Shown here: positions 49,739-59,778 of the stretch, in pieces
Position numbering within the stretch: the first letter of the stretch is position 1
Layout of the letters: each line of letters begins with the position of its first letter
Notes under the pieces: model-generated
Seen by the model: only the letters and a program-made list of their open reading frames with translations
Told to the model about the DNA's origin: nothing
Databases searched by the model: none
Assembly: GCA_963811165.1 (NCBI GenBank)
Contig: CAWEQH010000010.1
Location: forward strand, 96,001-160,000
Origin: an uncultured Nitrospiraceae bacterium
Lineage (GTDB): Bacteria; Nitrospirota; Thermodesulfovibrionia; Thermodesulfovibrionales; UBA6898
Reading direction: 5' to 3'
Length of the DNA: 64,000 nt
Position numbers and translations under genes: made by a program

Positions 49739-51111
49739 TGACAGGTCGGGGGGTTACATCAATGACTATCAGATTAGTGAAGACACTGCCGGCGGTGTTT
49801 TTTCTTATCGGCATTCTGGCGTCTTCGGCAGGCGCCAAGGAAAGAACGCTGTCCCTAAGAGAGGTGCTTGCGCTTATTCGGACGGGGAATCCGGAAATAA
49901 GGGCGATGTACCAGTCGGTGCTGGCGTCGAAGGAGGACATCGGCATTGCACAGAGCCTGCTGCTGCCGAAGCTCAGCTTCGAAGAGCGATTCATGAGGAC
50001 CAACAATCCGACGTATTCCTTTATGGCTAAGCTCAACCAGTCCCGCTTTGATCAGGACGACTTTGCGATTTCATCGTTAAATCATCCTTCGCCGGTCAGC
50101 GATTTTCAGACCGGTCTTTTCTTTGAACAGCCTTTGTTCGTTCCGAAGGCTTATATTGCGGTCGACATGGCCAGGAAGGAGTCCGCCGCAAAGGCCGTGG
50201 ATTTCGGGCGTAAGCAGGAGGACGTCGCCTTCCGCGCCGTGAAAACCTATCTTGGCGTCCAGACCGCAAAGGAGTTTGTCGGCGTGGCGGAGAAGGGCGT
50301 GGAAGACGCCAAGGAGCACCTGAGAATAGCAGAGGCGAGATACCATGCCGATCTCGGACTATTCTCGGACATGCTGAGGGCACAGGTGGCCCTATCCTCA
50401 GCACAGGAGAGGCTTGTGTCCGCTAAGAAAAACCTGGAGGTCGCAAAAAGGGCGCTCGGCCTGACTATCGGGCTGACTGAATCAGTGGATGTAGAGGAAG
50501 AGAGACCGGCCTTTGAGGTAAAGGACCTCCAATACTATTGCGCCGCTGCGCTTTCAAGAAAGGACGTGAAGTCGCTCGAAACACGGCACAAGAATGCCGA
50601 GAACGCACTGAAGATGGCTGATGCCGGATATTGGCCTATGTTCGGGGTAGGGGGCTCATATCAGATCAACAGCCACCGAGCTCCCTTCGGAGAGGAAGGG
50701 GACAGCTGGCAGATATCTGCGTTCATGAGGTGGGAACTCTTCGACGGCGCAAGGAGGGAAAGTGAGAGACAAAAGGCGAAATACACAATCGGCGAGACGG
50801 CCGAATATCTGGACGGCCTGAAAAAGAGGGTCTCCTTCGAGGTCTACGAGGCATATCTGAGCATCGAAGAGGCCAGAAAGGGCCTCGACCTTGCCAGGTC
50901 GGCCGTGAAGGCGGCGGAAGAGGGCAGTCGGCTTGTGAGGGCAAGGTATGAGAACTCGCTCTCGACTATTGTGGACCTTCTCGATGTGCAGACGGGACTT
51001 GACGGCGCCAGGGCCGACGTCGCGAACAAAGAAGGGGCCTATATGACCGCCATAGTGAACCTTGGGTTTCAGAGCGGCACAATACAGAAGGACCTCGGTC
51101 TTCAGGACTGA
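49738..51111 (+). CDS. TolC family outer membrane efflux protein
   Basis: Signal peptide, OEP repeats (ARYENSLSTIVDLLDVQ); operon position. Confidence 0.88.
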   Translation: MTGRGVTSMTIRLVKTLPAVFFLIGILASSAGAKERTLSLREVLALIRTGNPEIRAMYQSVLASKEDIGIAQSLLLPKLSFEERFMRTNNPTYSFMAKLNQSRFDQDDFAISSLNHPSPVSDFQTGLFFEQPLFVPKAYIAVDMARKESAAKAVDFGRKQEDVAFRAVKTYLGVQTAKEFVGVAEKGVEDAKEHLRIAEARYHADLGLFSDMLRAQVALSSAQERLVSAKKNLEVAKRALGLTIGLTESVDVEEERPAFEVKDLQYYCAAALSRKDVKSLETRHKNAENALKMADAGYWPMFGVGGSYQINSHRAPFGEEGDSWQISAFMRWELFDGARRESERQKAKYTIGETAEYLDGLKKRVSFEVYEAYLSIEEARKGLDLARSAVKAAEEGSRLVRARYENSLSTIVDLLDVQTGLDGARADVANKEGAYMTAIVNLGFQSGTIQKDLGLQD

Positions 51112-51150
51112 GGTCCGGCGGTGCGAACATGATTCGATCGGAGGACTGAC

Positions 51151-52272
51151 ATGAGGAAGGCGGGTCTGCTGTTTCTATTCGTACTTATGGTCGTTTTCGG
51201 CTGCAAAGAGAAGATCAAGCCCGGGGCGGAAAAGGTCGTAAGGCCTGTTATATCCGGAGTTAAGGTCATGGCTATAGAGCATTCATCCGTGGACGATTAT
51301 TACGATACATCAGGCACTGTGAGGGCAAAGACGATAAGCGTCGTAGCGAGCCGCGTGATGGGGACGGTGACGGCGATACAGGTGAAAGAAGGCGACCGTG
51401 TCACAGCGGGTCATGTCCTTCTTGCCATAGACGACAGCGATGTCGCTATGAAGCTTAAGGGTGCCCAGGACGGTTACCGGGAGGCGCAAAAAGCGCTGGA
51501 GGCCGCAGGGGAGAGCAGAAGACTGGCCGATATAACCTATCAGCGATACGGCAAACTGTATGACGAAAAGGCGCTTTCAGGACAGGAGTTCGACCAGATA
51601 AAGACGCAGAAGCGGATGGCTGATATCGAGTATGAGAGGGTTAAGGCGTCGGTCGGCAGGGCCGAGGCCGGCCTGAACGAGGTGAAGGTATACCGGGGGT
51701 TCACCCGCGTGACGTCACCTGTGGCCGGAGTCGTTACCGAGAAGAAGGTTGAGCTCGGGAGCATGGCGGTCCCCGGGATGCCCCTTATGACCGTTGAAGA
51801 CAACTCCTCTTACCGTGTCGATATCAACGCAGACGAAAGGCTTGTGGGCAGGATAAGGCCGGGCATGGAGGCGGAGATTTTTCTGGAGTCGGTAAACAGG
51901 AATCTCAAAGGATCGGTGACGGAGGTCGTCCCTTCTGTCGATCCGGCCAGCAGGAGTTTTCTGGTCAAGATAGCCTTGAAGGCCGAGGGTCTGAAAAACG
52001 GCTTTTATGCGAGAGTGTCGATTCCGGTGGGTAAGAGGGAGACCCTTTTGGTGCCGAAAGGGTCCATCGTAGAGAAGGGGCAGCTCACAGGTCTTTATGT
52101 GGTGGGTAAGGACTCGGTCATTACCTACCGGCTGGTCAGGACGGGACGGGAATACGGCGATAAGGTGGAGATAATGACCGGTCTCAACCCCGGAGAAAGC
52201 GTGATAGTGGAAGGCGTCGAAAAGGCGACGGACGGAGGTCTGGCAGCGGGGCCGCTTAAGGATGAGAAGTGA
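51151..52272 (+). CDS. RND efflux membrane fusion protein (lipoprotein)
   Basis: Lipobox VFGC, VKEGDRVTAG, SPVAGVV, VDPASRSFLVKI. Confidence 0.92.
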   Translation: MRKAGLLFLFVLMVVFGCKEKIKPGAEKVVRPVISGVKVMAIEHSSVDDYYDTSGTVRAKTISVVASRVMGTVTAIQVKEGDRVTAGHVLLAIDDSDVAMKLKGAQDGYREAQKALEAAGESRRLADITYQRYGKLYDEKALSGQEFDQIKTQKRMADIEYERVKASVGRAEAGLNEVKVYRGFTRVTSPVAGVVTEKKVELGSMAVPGMPLMTVEDNSSYRVDINADERLVGRIRPGMEAEIFLESVNRNLKGSVTEVVPSVDPASRSFLVKIALKAEGLKNGFYARVSIPVGKRETLLVPKGSIVEKGQLTGLYVVGKDSVITYRLVRTGREYGDKVEIMTGLNPGESVIVEGVEKATDGGLAAGPLKDEK

Positions 52273-52300
52273 TACGGCGGACAGGGATTAGGGTGGACCC

Positions 52301-55300
52301 ATGAACGGAATCGGAATATCGGGAAGGATAGCGAAGTATTTTATCAAATCGAAGCTTACGCCGCTGATCGTTGTGGCCGCGCTTTTGTCGGGTGTCTTTG
52401 CCGTGATCGTGACCCCCAGGGAAGAAGAGCCGCAGATCGTGGTGCCGATGATCGATGTGATGGTCGCCTATCCCGGGGCGTCGGCCAAAGAGGTGGAATC
52501 GCGCGTAACGGGACCCGTGGAGAAGCTGCTGTGGGAGATAAAAGGCGTCGAATACGTCTATTCGATCACAAAGCCGGGCATGAGCCTGACGATCGTGCGC
52601 TTTTATGTCGGCGAGAACGTGGAAGACAGCATCGTGAAGCTTTATAATAAGCTGATGTCCCATTATGACATCATCCCTCCCGGCGTTTCGCAGCCGCTGG
52701 TAAAGCCGAAGTCGATTGACGACGTCCCGATCGCCTCGTTTACGCTCTGGAGCGACCGCTACAGCGGCTATGAGTTACGCCGCATCGCCTTTGAGGTCTG
52801 CGACGAGATAAAGAAGGACAAAAATGTCTCTGAAACGATGGTCATCGGAGGGCAGAGAAGGCAGGTGAAGATCGCCCTCGACCCGGCCCGGCTGAAGGCG
52901 CATGGCGCCTCCGCGTTTCAGATTATGGGAGTGCTCCAAAAGGCCAATTTCATGATGCCCTCGGGTGCGTTTTCAACCGGCAACAGGGAATATCTTGTTG
53001 ATACCGGCGGTTTTCTGAAAAATGCGGATGAGGTCGGCGCGTTGGTTGTCGAAGTCTTTAACGGCAGGCCGGTGTATCTGAGGGATGTTGCGGCCATTTC
53101 CGATGGGCCTGAGGAGCCGGCGAATTATGTTTTTATGGGTCTGGGACCCGCTGCTTCCGATAAGGGAATCAGTGCGAAATATTCGAAAACAGGACAATAC
53201 GAGGCGGTCACGGTCACGGTCTCGAAGAAGAAGGGCTCGAATGCGAGTATCGTTGCCGATGAAGCGATAAGGAAGATCGCTGCCCTTGCGCGGGACCTAT
53301 ATCCCCTCCGGCGTCGAGGTCACGACCACAAGGAATTACGGCGAGACAGCAAAGGAGAAATCCGATGAGCTGCTCGAACATCTTTTGATCGCTTCTCTTT
53401 CCGTCATCATACTGATCGCGCTCGTGCTGGGATGGAGGGAGTCCGTTGTGGTGGCCGTTGCCGTCCCGGTGACCCTTGCCCTTACCCTTTTGATCAATTA
53501 TCTTTACGGGTATACCCTCAACAGGGTGACCCTCTTTGCCCTTATCTTTTCCATCGGTATCCTTGTGGACGATGCGATCGTCGTGGTAGAAAACATCCAC
53601 AGGCATTTCAAGCTCCACAAGATCGACCCGCTGACCGCAGTGCTCGCGGTGGATGAGGTGGGCAACCCGACCATTCTCGCGACGTTCACCGTGATCGCCG
53701 CGCTTCTGCCGATGGCCTTCGTGACGGGCCTTATGGGTCCTTATATGAGGCCGATCCCGGTCGGGTGCGTCTGCGGCAATGATATTTTCCCTGCTGATAG
53801 CCTTTATCGTGAGCCCATGGATGAGTTATAAGGTCCTGAAGGATGTAAAGACCGGCGGTCATACCGAAGAGGGCGGGAAACTCCATCATCTATATGAAAA
53901 GAATGCTCGGCCGCTGATCGAAAGCAAGAGGAAGCGCATTATAGCGCTTGCCGTTGTGCTTGGGCTCCTGGGACTGTCGCTTCTCCTGATCCCTTAAAAG
54001 GGGTGAAACTGAAGATGCTTCCCTTCGACAACAAGAGCGAACTGCAGGTGATCGTGGACATGCCGGAAGGGGTAACGCTTGAAGAAAGCGCAGCGCTCGG
54101 CAAGGGAGATCGGCGATTATCTAAAGACCGTGCCTGAAGTGACGGACTATCAGACTCTATGTCGGGACTGCGGCCCCGTATAATTTCAATGGTCTCGTAA
54201 GACATTATTTCCTCCGCTCCGGAAGCAACGTCGTCGATTTACAGGTCAACTTCGTGGGGAAAGAAGAACGTTCCGCACAAAGCCATGAGATCGCCAAAAG
54301 GATGAGGCCCGGGAACGAAAAGATAGGACTAAGGTACGGTGCAAGGATAAAGATCGCCGAGATCCCGCCCGGCCCGCCTGTGCTGAGTACCCTTGTTGCC
54401 GAGATATACGGACCTGATGAAGACGGGCAGATCGGGACGGCAAGGGATGTAAAAAGAATATTCGAGACTACCGCAGGCGTTGTGGACGTGGACTGGTACG
54501 TCGAGGACGATCAAAAAAAATTCACCTTTGATGTCGACAAGGAGAAGGCTGCTGAAAACGGCATATCCACCGAAGCGGTCATCCCAAACACTGAGGACCG
54601 CGCTCGGGCGGGATGACTGCGGGACTTGCGCATATGGCGAGAGAGAAAGAGCCCGTGGAACTGTTCCTGAGGATGCCCCTCGCCGAACGGTCATCCGTAA
54701 GTGCACTACACGAGGTTTCGGTGGCCTCTTCGACCGGCAGGCTCGTCCCGCTTTCTGACATAGTCAGGACCAAAGAGGGGACAGAAGAGAAGACGATTTA
54801 TCATAAGAACCTCAAGAGGGTCGTGTATGTATAGGGGATGTTGCGGGAGGGGCCGAAAGCCCTGCTTACGCGATACTTGCGATGAAGGACAGGATCAAGA
54901 ATCTGAAACTTGCCGAAGGCTATGAGCTCACGCAGTATTATGCGCATCAGCCTTGGCTTGAAAATAAATATGCCATGAAGTGGGACGGGGAGTGGCAAAT
55001 TACGTACGAAGTATTCAGGGACCTCGGCATCGCCTTTGCCGCTGTGCTCATTCTGATATATATACTGGTGGTCGCATGGTTCAGGAATTTCGTGACACCG
55101 CTGATCATCATGGCGCCGATACCGCTGACGCTTGTGGGCATACTCCCGGGGCATTGGATATTCGGCGCGTTTTTTACGGCGACGTCCATGATAGGGTTTA
55201 TCGCGCTTGCCGGCATCATTGTTCGAAATTCGATCCTCCTTATAGATTTCGTCCAGTTGGAGTGGAGGGAGTGCGGGGGATTGAAAGAAGCGCTTATACG

Positions 55301-55556
55301 TGCCGGCGCGGTCCGTTTCAGACCTATCGTCCTGACGGCCGCAGCAGTGGTCGTCGGGTCTTTTGTGATGCTTTTCGACCCCATATTCCAGGGGCTTGCG
55401 ATCGCGATGATGTTCGGGGCCGTTGCTGCAACAGCGCTCACCTTGGTAGCGGTGCCGCTTCTGTACTATGAATTTTTCAAGGAGCGCGTCTGCCCGCTTA
55501 GGGTTGAGGAGTTCGAGCAGAAGAAGGAAGACGCGGAAGTGCAGAAAGAAGGGTGA
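52301..55556 (+). pseudogene. AcrB/CusA family RND permease, split by about 8 frameshifts between ~53280 and ~54840
   Basis: [58 protein letters not shown] lie in different frames; may be intact in vivo. Confidence 0.85.
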
Positions 55557-55632
55557 TTTTTTACCGGGGATTCTGCTATAATTAAGAAATACTGCAACTA
55601 GGCAACAGTTGATTATAAAGGAGGATTACGTG

Positions 55633-55824
55633 ATGTCATATAACAGGTGTAAATGCCAGAAATGCGGAAGCGAGTTTGCGACCTTGCTCGACAATGATCT
55701 CGAACTTCAAAAAGAGAAATGCCCAAAGTGCGGGGAGAGAGAGCTGAAATTGTCCGGTGCCCTGAGTTTTTCTGAGATGAGCAATCTGTTTTCGGGAGGC
55801 GGCTGAAGCCCCAGGGGTTGCTGA
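55633..55824 (+). CDS. FmdB-like zinc-ribbon microprotein, probable selenoprotein (C-terminus GGG-U-SPRGC; TGA 55804-55806 read as Sec58)
   Basis: CQKC...CPKC; SD GGAGG; upstream TGc-TATAAT at 55574-55582; the TGA is followed by AGC CCC AGG GGT TGC TGA and a GGUC-loop hairpin. Confidence 0.7.
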
Positions 55825-55839
55825 GACCGGTCGGGTCTC
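55823..55839 (+). promoter_or_regulatory. Putative SECIS hairpin
   Basis: GAGACC-GGTCG-GGTCTC; first loop G at +23 after the UGA. Confidence 0.65.
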
Positions 55840-55858
55840 CTAAGAAGATAAATAACGG

Positions 55859-55894
55859 AAGGGCGTGCCTGATATGGGCACGCCCTTTATTTTT
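55859..55894 (+). terminator. Intrinsic terminator
   Basis: AAGGGCGTGCC-TGATATG-GGCACGCCCTT followed by TATTTTT. Confidence 0.8.
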
Positions 55895-55941
55895 ATCGCG
55901 CTTCGTGTTTATTTTATATATACAATCTCAGCGGAGGGCCT

Positions 55942-57480
55942 ATGAAACGGTTTATGCCGGTTTTAATTTCGCTTGCGCTTTTTGTGTTATTTCTCACGCC
56001 GGCAAGGGGTGGGCAGCATCTCCTTAGGATACTTTATGTGAATGATTTTCACGGCTTTGCAGAGCCGTACACGCCGCTCGGTTCTGACAAGCTTCAAGGA
56101 GGTATTGCGTATCTTGCCGGCGAAGTCGGGAGGCTCCGTGCGGAGAAGCCGTCTCTCCTGCTGGCAGCGGGAGACATGATACAGGGCAATAACTGGACGA
56201 ACTTTTTCAAAGGTGAGTCCGCTATCGAGGTTATGAACGCCATGCGGTTCGATGCGATGGTGGTGGGCAATCATGAATTCGATTTTGGAAAGGATGTGCT
56301 CAGAAAAAGGATAGCAGAGGCAAAATTTCCTGTGCTCGGCGCAGACGTCGAAGGTCTTGGTTTGCTCAAGCCCTATGTGGTAAAGGAAATAGGCGGCCTG
56401 AGAGTGGGGATAATCGGGGTAGTGACGGAGGACACCCCGGTAGCCACCCATCCCAGGAATATAGCAGGACTGAAATTTGTTTCGCCCTCAGAGTCGGTTC
56501 TCAGGTATGTAGGAGAACTTAAGGGGAGGGTCGATGTGATCATCGTACTTTCCCATATCGGCTATGCCGCCGACAGGGCTCTTGCCGAAAGCGTAAAGGG
56601 GATAGATGTTATTGTGGGCGGGCATTCCCACACAAAGCTGGACAGACCCGTGACCGTGGGCGATACGATTATAGTTCAGGCGTGGGAGCACGCCAAGGCG
56701 CTCGGAGTGCTCGATCTTTCCGTTGAAGATGGTAAGGTCGCAGGATTTACAGGAAGACTTGATGAGATCTTCCCCTCGCCGGGAAAAGAAGACAAGACCG
56801 TAATGGCGATAGTCGATAAATATGAAAATAAGACAGATGCAGTTTTTGGTGAAGTTATCGGAGCGGCAGGGGTCGACCTCGACGGAGAGAACGTGCGAAA
56901 GAGAGAAACAAATCTCGGGGACCTCATTGCCGATATCATGAGGCAGATGTCGGGAGCGGATGCCGCAATAATAAACGGAGGCGGGATAAGGACCAGTATC
57001 CACAGAGGGCCGATACGGGTGAAAGACGTGTATTCGGTTCTGCCGTTTGACAATTATGTCGTTTCCGTCAAGCTTACGGGCGCCCAGCTCAGGCAGGTGC
57101 TCGAACACGGCGTGTCTGCGGTCGAACAGGGCGAGGGAAGGTTCCCCCAGGTCTCGGGCATTGCGTTTTCTTTCGATCCATCAGCGCCCGCAGGGTCGAG
57201 GGTCCGGGAGATCGCCGTCGACGGCCGTCCGCTCGATGCCGGCAGGGAATATTCGGTTGCGACAAACGACTTCCTTGCCGCAGGAGGTGACGGGTACAAG
57301 GTGTTCGGAGATGCGGTAAGAGAGTCAAAGGACTTTGCGGTAGCGGGCGGCATGATGAAGGGAGAGAAACTCCTCTATAACGATTCGGGGCGATGGCTGA
57401 GGGACATGGTGATCGAATACATTAAGGAGCATGAGATGATTGAGCCTGCGGTTGAGGGCAGGATTAAAGATGTCCGCTGA
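55942..57480 (+). CDS. Exported metallophosphoesterase / 5'-nucleotidase (UshA-like)
   Basis: NDFHG, AGDMIQG, GNHEFD, LSHIG, GGHSH, NGGGIR, GGDGY. Confidence 0.93.
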   Translation: MKRFMPVLISLALFVLFLTPARGGQHLLRILYVNDFHGFAEPYTPLGSDKLQGGIAYLAGEVGRLRAEKPSLLLAAGDMIQGNNWTNFFKGESAIEVMNAMRFDAMVVGNHEFDFGKDVLRKRIAEAKFPVLGADVEGLGLLKPYVVKEIGGLRVGIIGVVTEDTPVATHPRNIAGLKFVSPSESVLRYVGELKGRVDVIIVLSHIGYAADRALAESVKGIDVIVGGHSHTKLDRPVTVGDTIIVQAWEHAKALGVLDLSVEDGKVAGFTGRLDEIFPSPGKEDKTVMAIVDKYENKTDAVFGEVIGAAGVDLDGENVRKRETNLGDLIADIMRQMSGADAAIINGGGIRTSIHRGPIRVKDVYSVLPFDNYVVSVKLTGAQLRQVLEHGVSAVEQGEGRFPQVSGIAFSFDPSAPAGSRVREIAVDGRPLDAGREYSVATNDFLAAGGDGYKVFGDAVRESKDFAVAGGMMKGEKLLYNDSGRWLRDMVIEYIKEHEMIEPAVEGRIKDVR

Positions 57481-57492
57481 AGCTATTTTTTG

Positions 57493-57672
57493 ATGAGGGT
57501 CTACGTAAACAATAAGCCGGTCGAAATCCTGCGAGGCATGAAGGTCAAACACGCCCTCCTCAGTTCGGGTCTGCTGCGTGAGGTAGGTCCGAAAAAGGTC
57601 TGTGACGAGTGGGGCAACGAGATCGGTCTTGACGGTGCGCTCAGAGAGGGAATGAAGATTTATGTGAAGTGA
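57493..57672 (+). CDS. Small hypothetical protein, possible ubiquitin-like (beta-grasp) fold
   Basis: MRVYVNNKPVEI... ThiS-like start; no C-terminal GG. Confidence 0.55.
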   Translation: MRVYVNNKPVEILRGMKVKHALLSSGLLREVGPKKVCDEWGNEIGLDGALREGMKIYVK

Positions 57673-57822
57673 ATTCTTTGGTAGTGTCCCGCTTTGAGAG
57701 GCGCTGCCCATTCTTGCTGAATTTTGTATCGGCGACGGTAAAAACTGTTATACTACGTACGACATACATCGTTAGTCGTTGTCTTTTATGTGTTCGCATT
57801 TTCCGGTGATCATTGAGAAAGG

Positions 57823-58269
57823 GTGAAAATGAATAAGGGCGTTAAGCATAAAGAAAAGGTCGATAAGTTTGAAGGCGTGCGGAAAAAGCTGACCGCAATG
57901 CGGCAGGATATCATGAAAGAGGCAAAGGCGGAGGTCGATCAGATCCTCAATGAAGAAGATAGGTACAATGGCGTTTCCGACGACGGAGATTTTGCGGATG
58001 TCGCATCCAGGGACGCGGTGCAGGCCTCGAAATTGGCGCGGCACCGGTCCCGATTGAAAGTTATAGAAGAAGCGCTCCGCAAGATCGACGCAGGCACCTA
58101 CGGCATTTGTGACGACTGCGAGGAAGAAATCCCGGCAGGAAGACTGAATGTCATGCCCTTTGCATTACGGTGTGTTGACTGTCAGGAAAAGCACGAGATA
58201 ATGATTTCGGAGGGTGAAGATACGGTTGTATCGTTACCCGTAGCTGCAGAGGAGGAAAAGGCTGATTAA
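57823..58269 (+). CDS. DksA/TraR family C4 zinc-finger transcription factor
   Basis: Coiled coil with DDGDFA tip, YGICDDC...RLNVMPFALRCVDCQ. Confidence 0.9.
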   Translation: MKMNKGVKHKEKVDKFEGVRKKLTAMRQDIMKEAKAEVDQILNEEDRYNGVSDDGDFADVASRDAVQASKLARHRSRLKVIEEALRKIDAGTYGICDDCEEEIPAGRLNVMPFALRCVDCQEKHEIMISEGEDTVVSLPVAAEEEKAD

Positions 58270-58438
58270 GTCCGGACAACAGGACGAATGTGAGCCCCGT
58301 ATTCCATGGACCGGTTATATTGCACACATACGCAATACGCCCTGGCTTTTTTTATCGACTCAGGCGGTACATGCGGTAAGAGGTAAGCATTGAAGCGATG
58401 AAACAATAATTTCCATGGGTGCGATGCAGGGAGGAAGT

Positions 58439-58678
58439 ATGACCGATACGGCCCAAAAAATTATGGAATTATTTACACGACACGGCAAGACGGAGCCGGG
58501 AATGGTTATCCCTTCCTACGACTTGACCTCCAATGCGAAGAAGTGGGGGCAAAATCATTTCAAAAAACTTCGGGATGCGATGGAAGAACTGAAACAGGAG
58601 GGACATGTTATCATCACTCCTTCCGGCGGGCTGGAGCTTACCGAAGAAGGCTATAATTACCTTTTTAACGAAGTCTGA
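58439..58678 (+). CDS. Hypothetical protein (winged-helix-like)
   Basis: SD GGAGG; C-terminal AMEELKQEGHV...LELTEEG pattern. Confidence 0.55.
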   Translation: MTDTAQKIMELFTRHGKTEPGMVIPSYDLTSNAKKWGQNHFKKLRDAMEELKQEGHVIITPSGGLELTEEGYNYLFNEV

Positions 58679-58794
58679 TTTTTTTTATTTTCCTCAGCCA
58701 GGTACACCTACCGGAGAATATCTTTCTCTGAAATCAATGCTCCATGGTATCCATTCAGTTGTGGGTTATAAAGACACGGCACTTGAAGACACGG

Positions 58795-58988
58795 GTACGG
58801 CTTCAGTTACGAGTAAGATTATGGTATGTATGCCGTCATGCCGGACTAGATCCGGCATCCAGCGACTTTTCCGCGTTCCGGCGGATTCGCCGAGGTGAAA
58901 AGGCCAGGTCACTGGATTCCGGCTCAACACACTGCCGGAATGACTGACAGAAGAGTCAATGCCTTTTGACCCATAACTGAAGTCTTAC
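58795..58988. mobile_element. MITE, second copy (194 bp) with a ~30-bp internal insertion
   Basis: Near-identical to 40412-40575; ends GTACGGCTTCAGTTACGAGT / ACCCATAACTGAAGTCTTAC; no flanking TSD. Confidence 0.88.
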
Positions 58989-59046
58989 GCATCGTAGGGC
59001 AGTCAGCGTGTATAGCAGTCCTTTTTTATGTTATTATTAATGCCTT

Positions 59047-59778
59047 ATGCAACAGAGACTTCAGAAGATAATCGCTGAGATGGGCATTGCCTCCCGCAGG
59101 AAGGCAGAGGAATTGATTATAGAGGGGCGGGTCAGGGTAAACGGGCAGGTTGCGACCATAGGAATGAAGGCCGACCTTCTCAGGGACCATGTAAAAGTGG
59201 ACGGGAAACTGCTTACCCGGCCAGAAAAAAAAGTCTATTACATCTTTAACAAGCCGCGCGGCGTGGTCACCTCGATGAGCGACCCCCAGGGCAGGCCGAC
59301 GGTCAATGATTTTCTGAGGGGGATCAAGCAGAGGGTCTATCCGGTCGGAAGGCTCGATTACGATTCCGAAGGAATGCTCATCCTTACAAACGACGGCGAA
59401 CTGGCGTATGCCATCCTTCATCCTTCGAAAAAGATCCCCAAGACCTACCTGGTGAAGGCCAAGGGGGTACTCGAAGACGCAGACATCGAAAAGTTATCGA
59501 AAGGGATGAAGCTTGACGGGGTCATGACTGCGCCCGCGAAGGTGAGGCGGCTTAGGAAGACGGAGAATAATTCCTGGCTCGAAATGACGATTTACGAGGG
59601 CAGGAAGCGGCAGATCAGGAAGATGCTTGAGAGAGTGGGGCATCCTGTCATAAGGCTGATGAGGGTCAGGATCAACGGTCTTGAGATGGGGGAACTCAGC
59701 CCCGGGGCATTTCGGCGGCTGACGCAGGAGGAAATGAAGAAGCTCGGCAAGGAATTGCATTTATGGGAGGCGGCATGA
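59047..59778 (+). CDS. rluB: rRNA pseudouridine synthase, RluB/RsuA family
   Basis: S4 domain RLQKIIA...[29 protein letters not shown]. Confidence 0.88.
   Translation: MQQRLQKIIAEMGIASRRKAEELIIEGRVRVNGQVATIGMKADLLRDHVKVDGKLLTRPEKKVYYIFNKPRGVVTSMSDPQGRPTVNDFLRGIKQRVYPVGRLDYDSEGMLILTNDGELAYAILHPSKKIPKTYLVKAKGVLEDADIEKLSKGMKLDGVMTAPAKVRRLRKTENNSWLEMTIYEGRKRQIRKMLERVGHPVIRLMRVRINGLEMGELSPGAFRRLTQEEMKKLGKELHLWEAA

Noticed and set aside
55822..55824. Second selenocysteine in the zinc-ribbon protein
   Set aside because: The hairpin overlaps this codon instead of lying downstream at SECIS distance; more likely the stop, though not fully excluded
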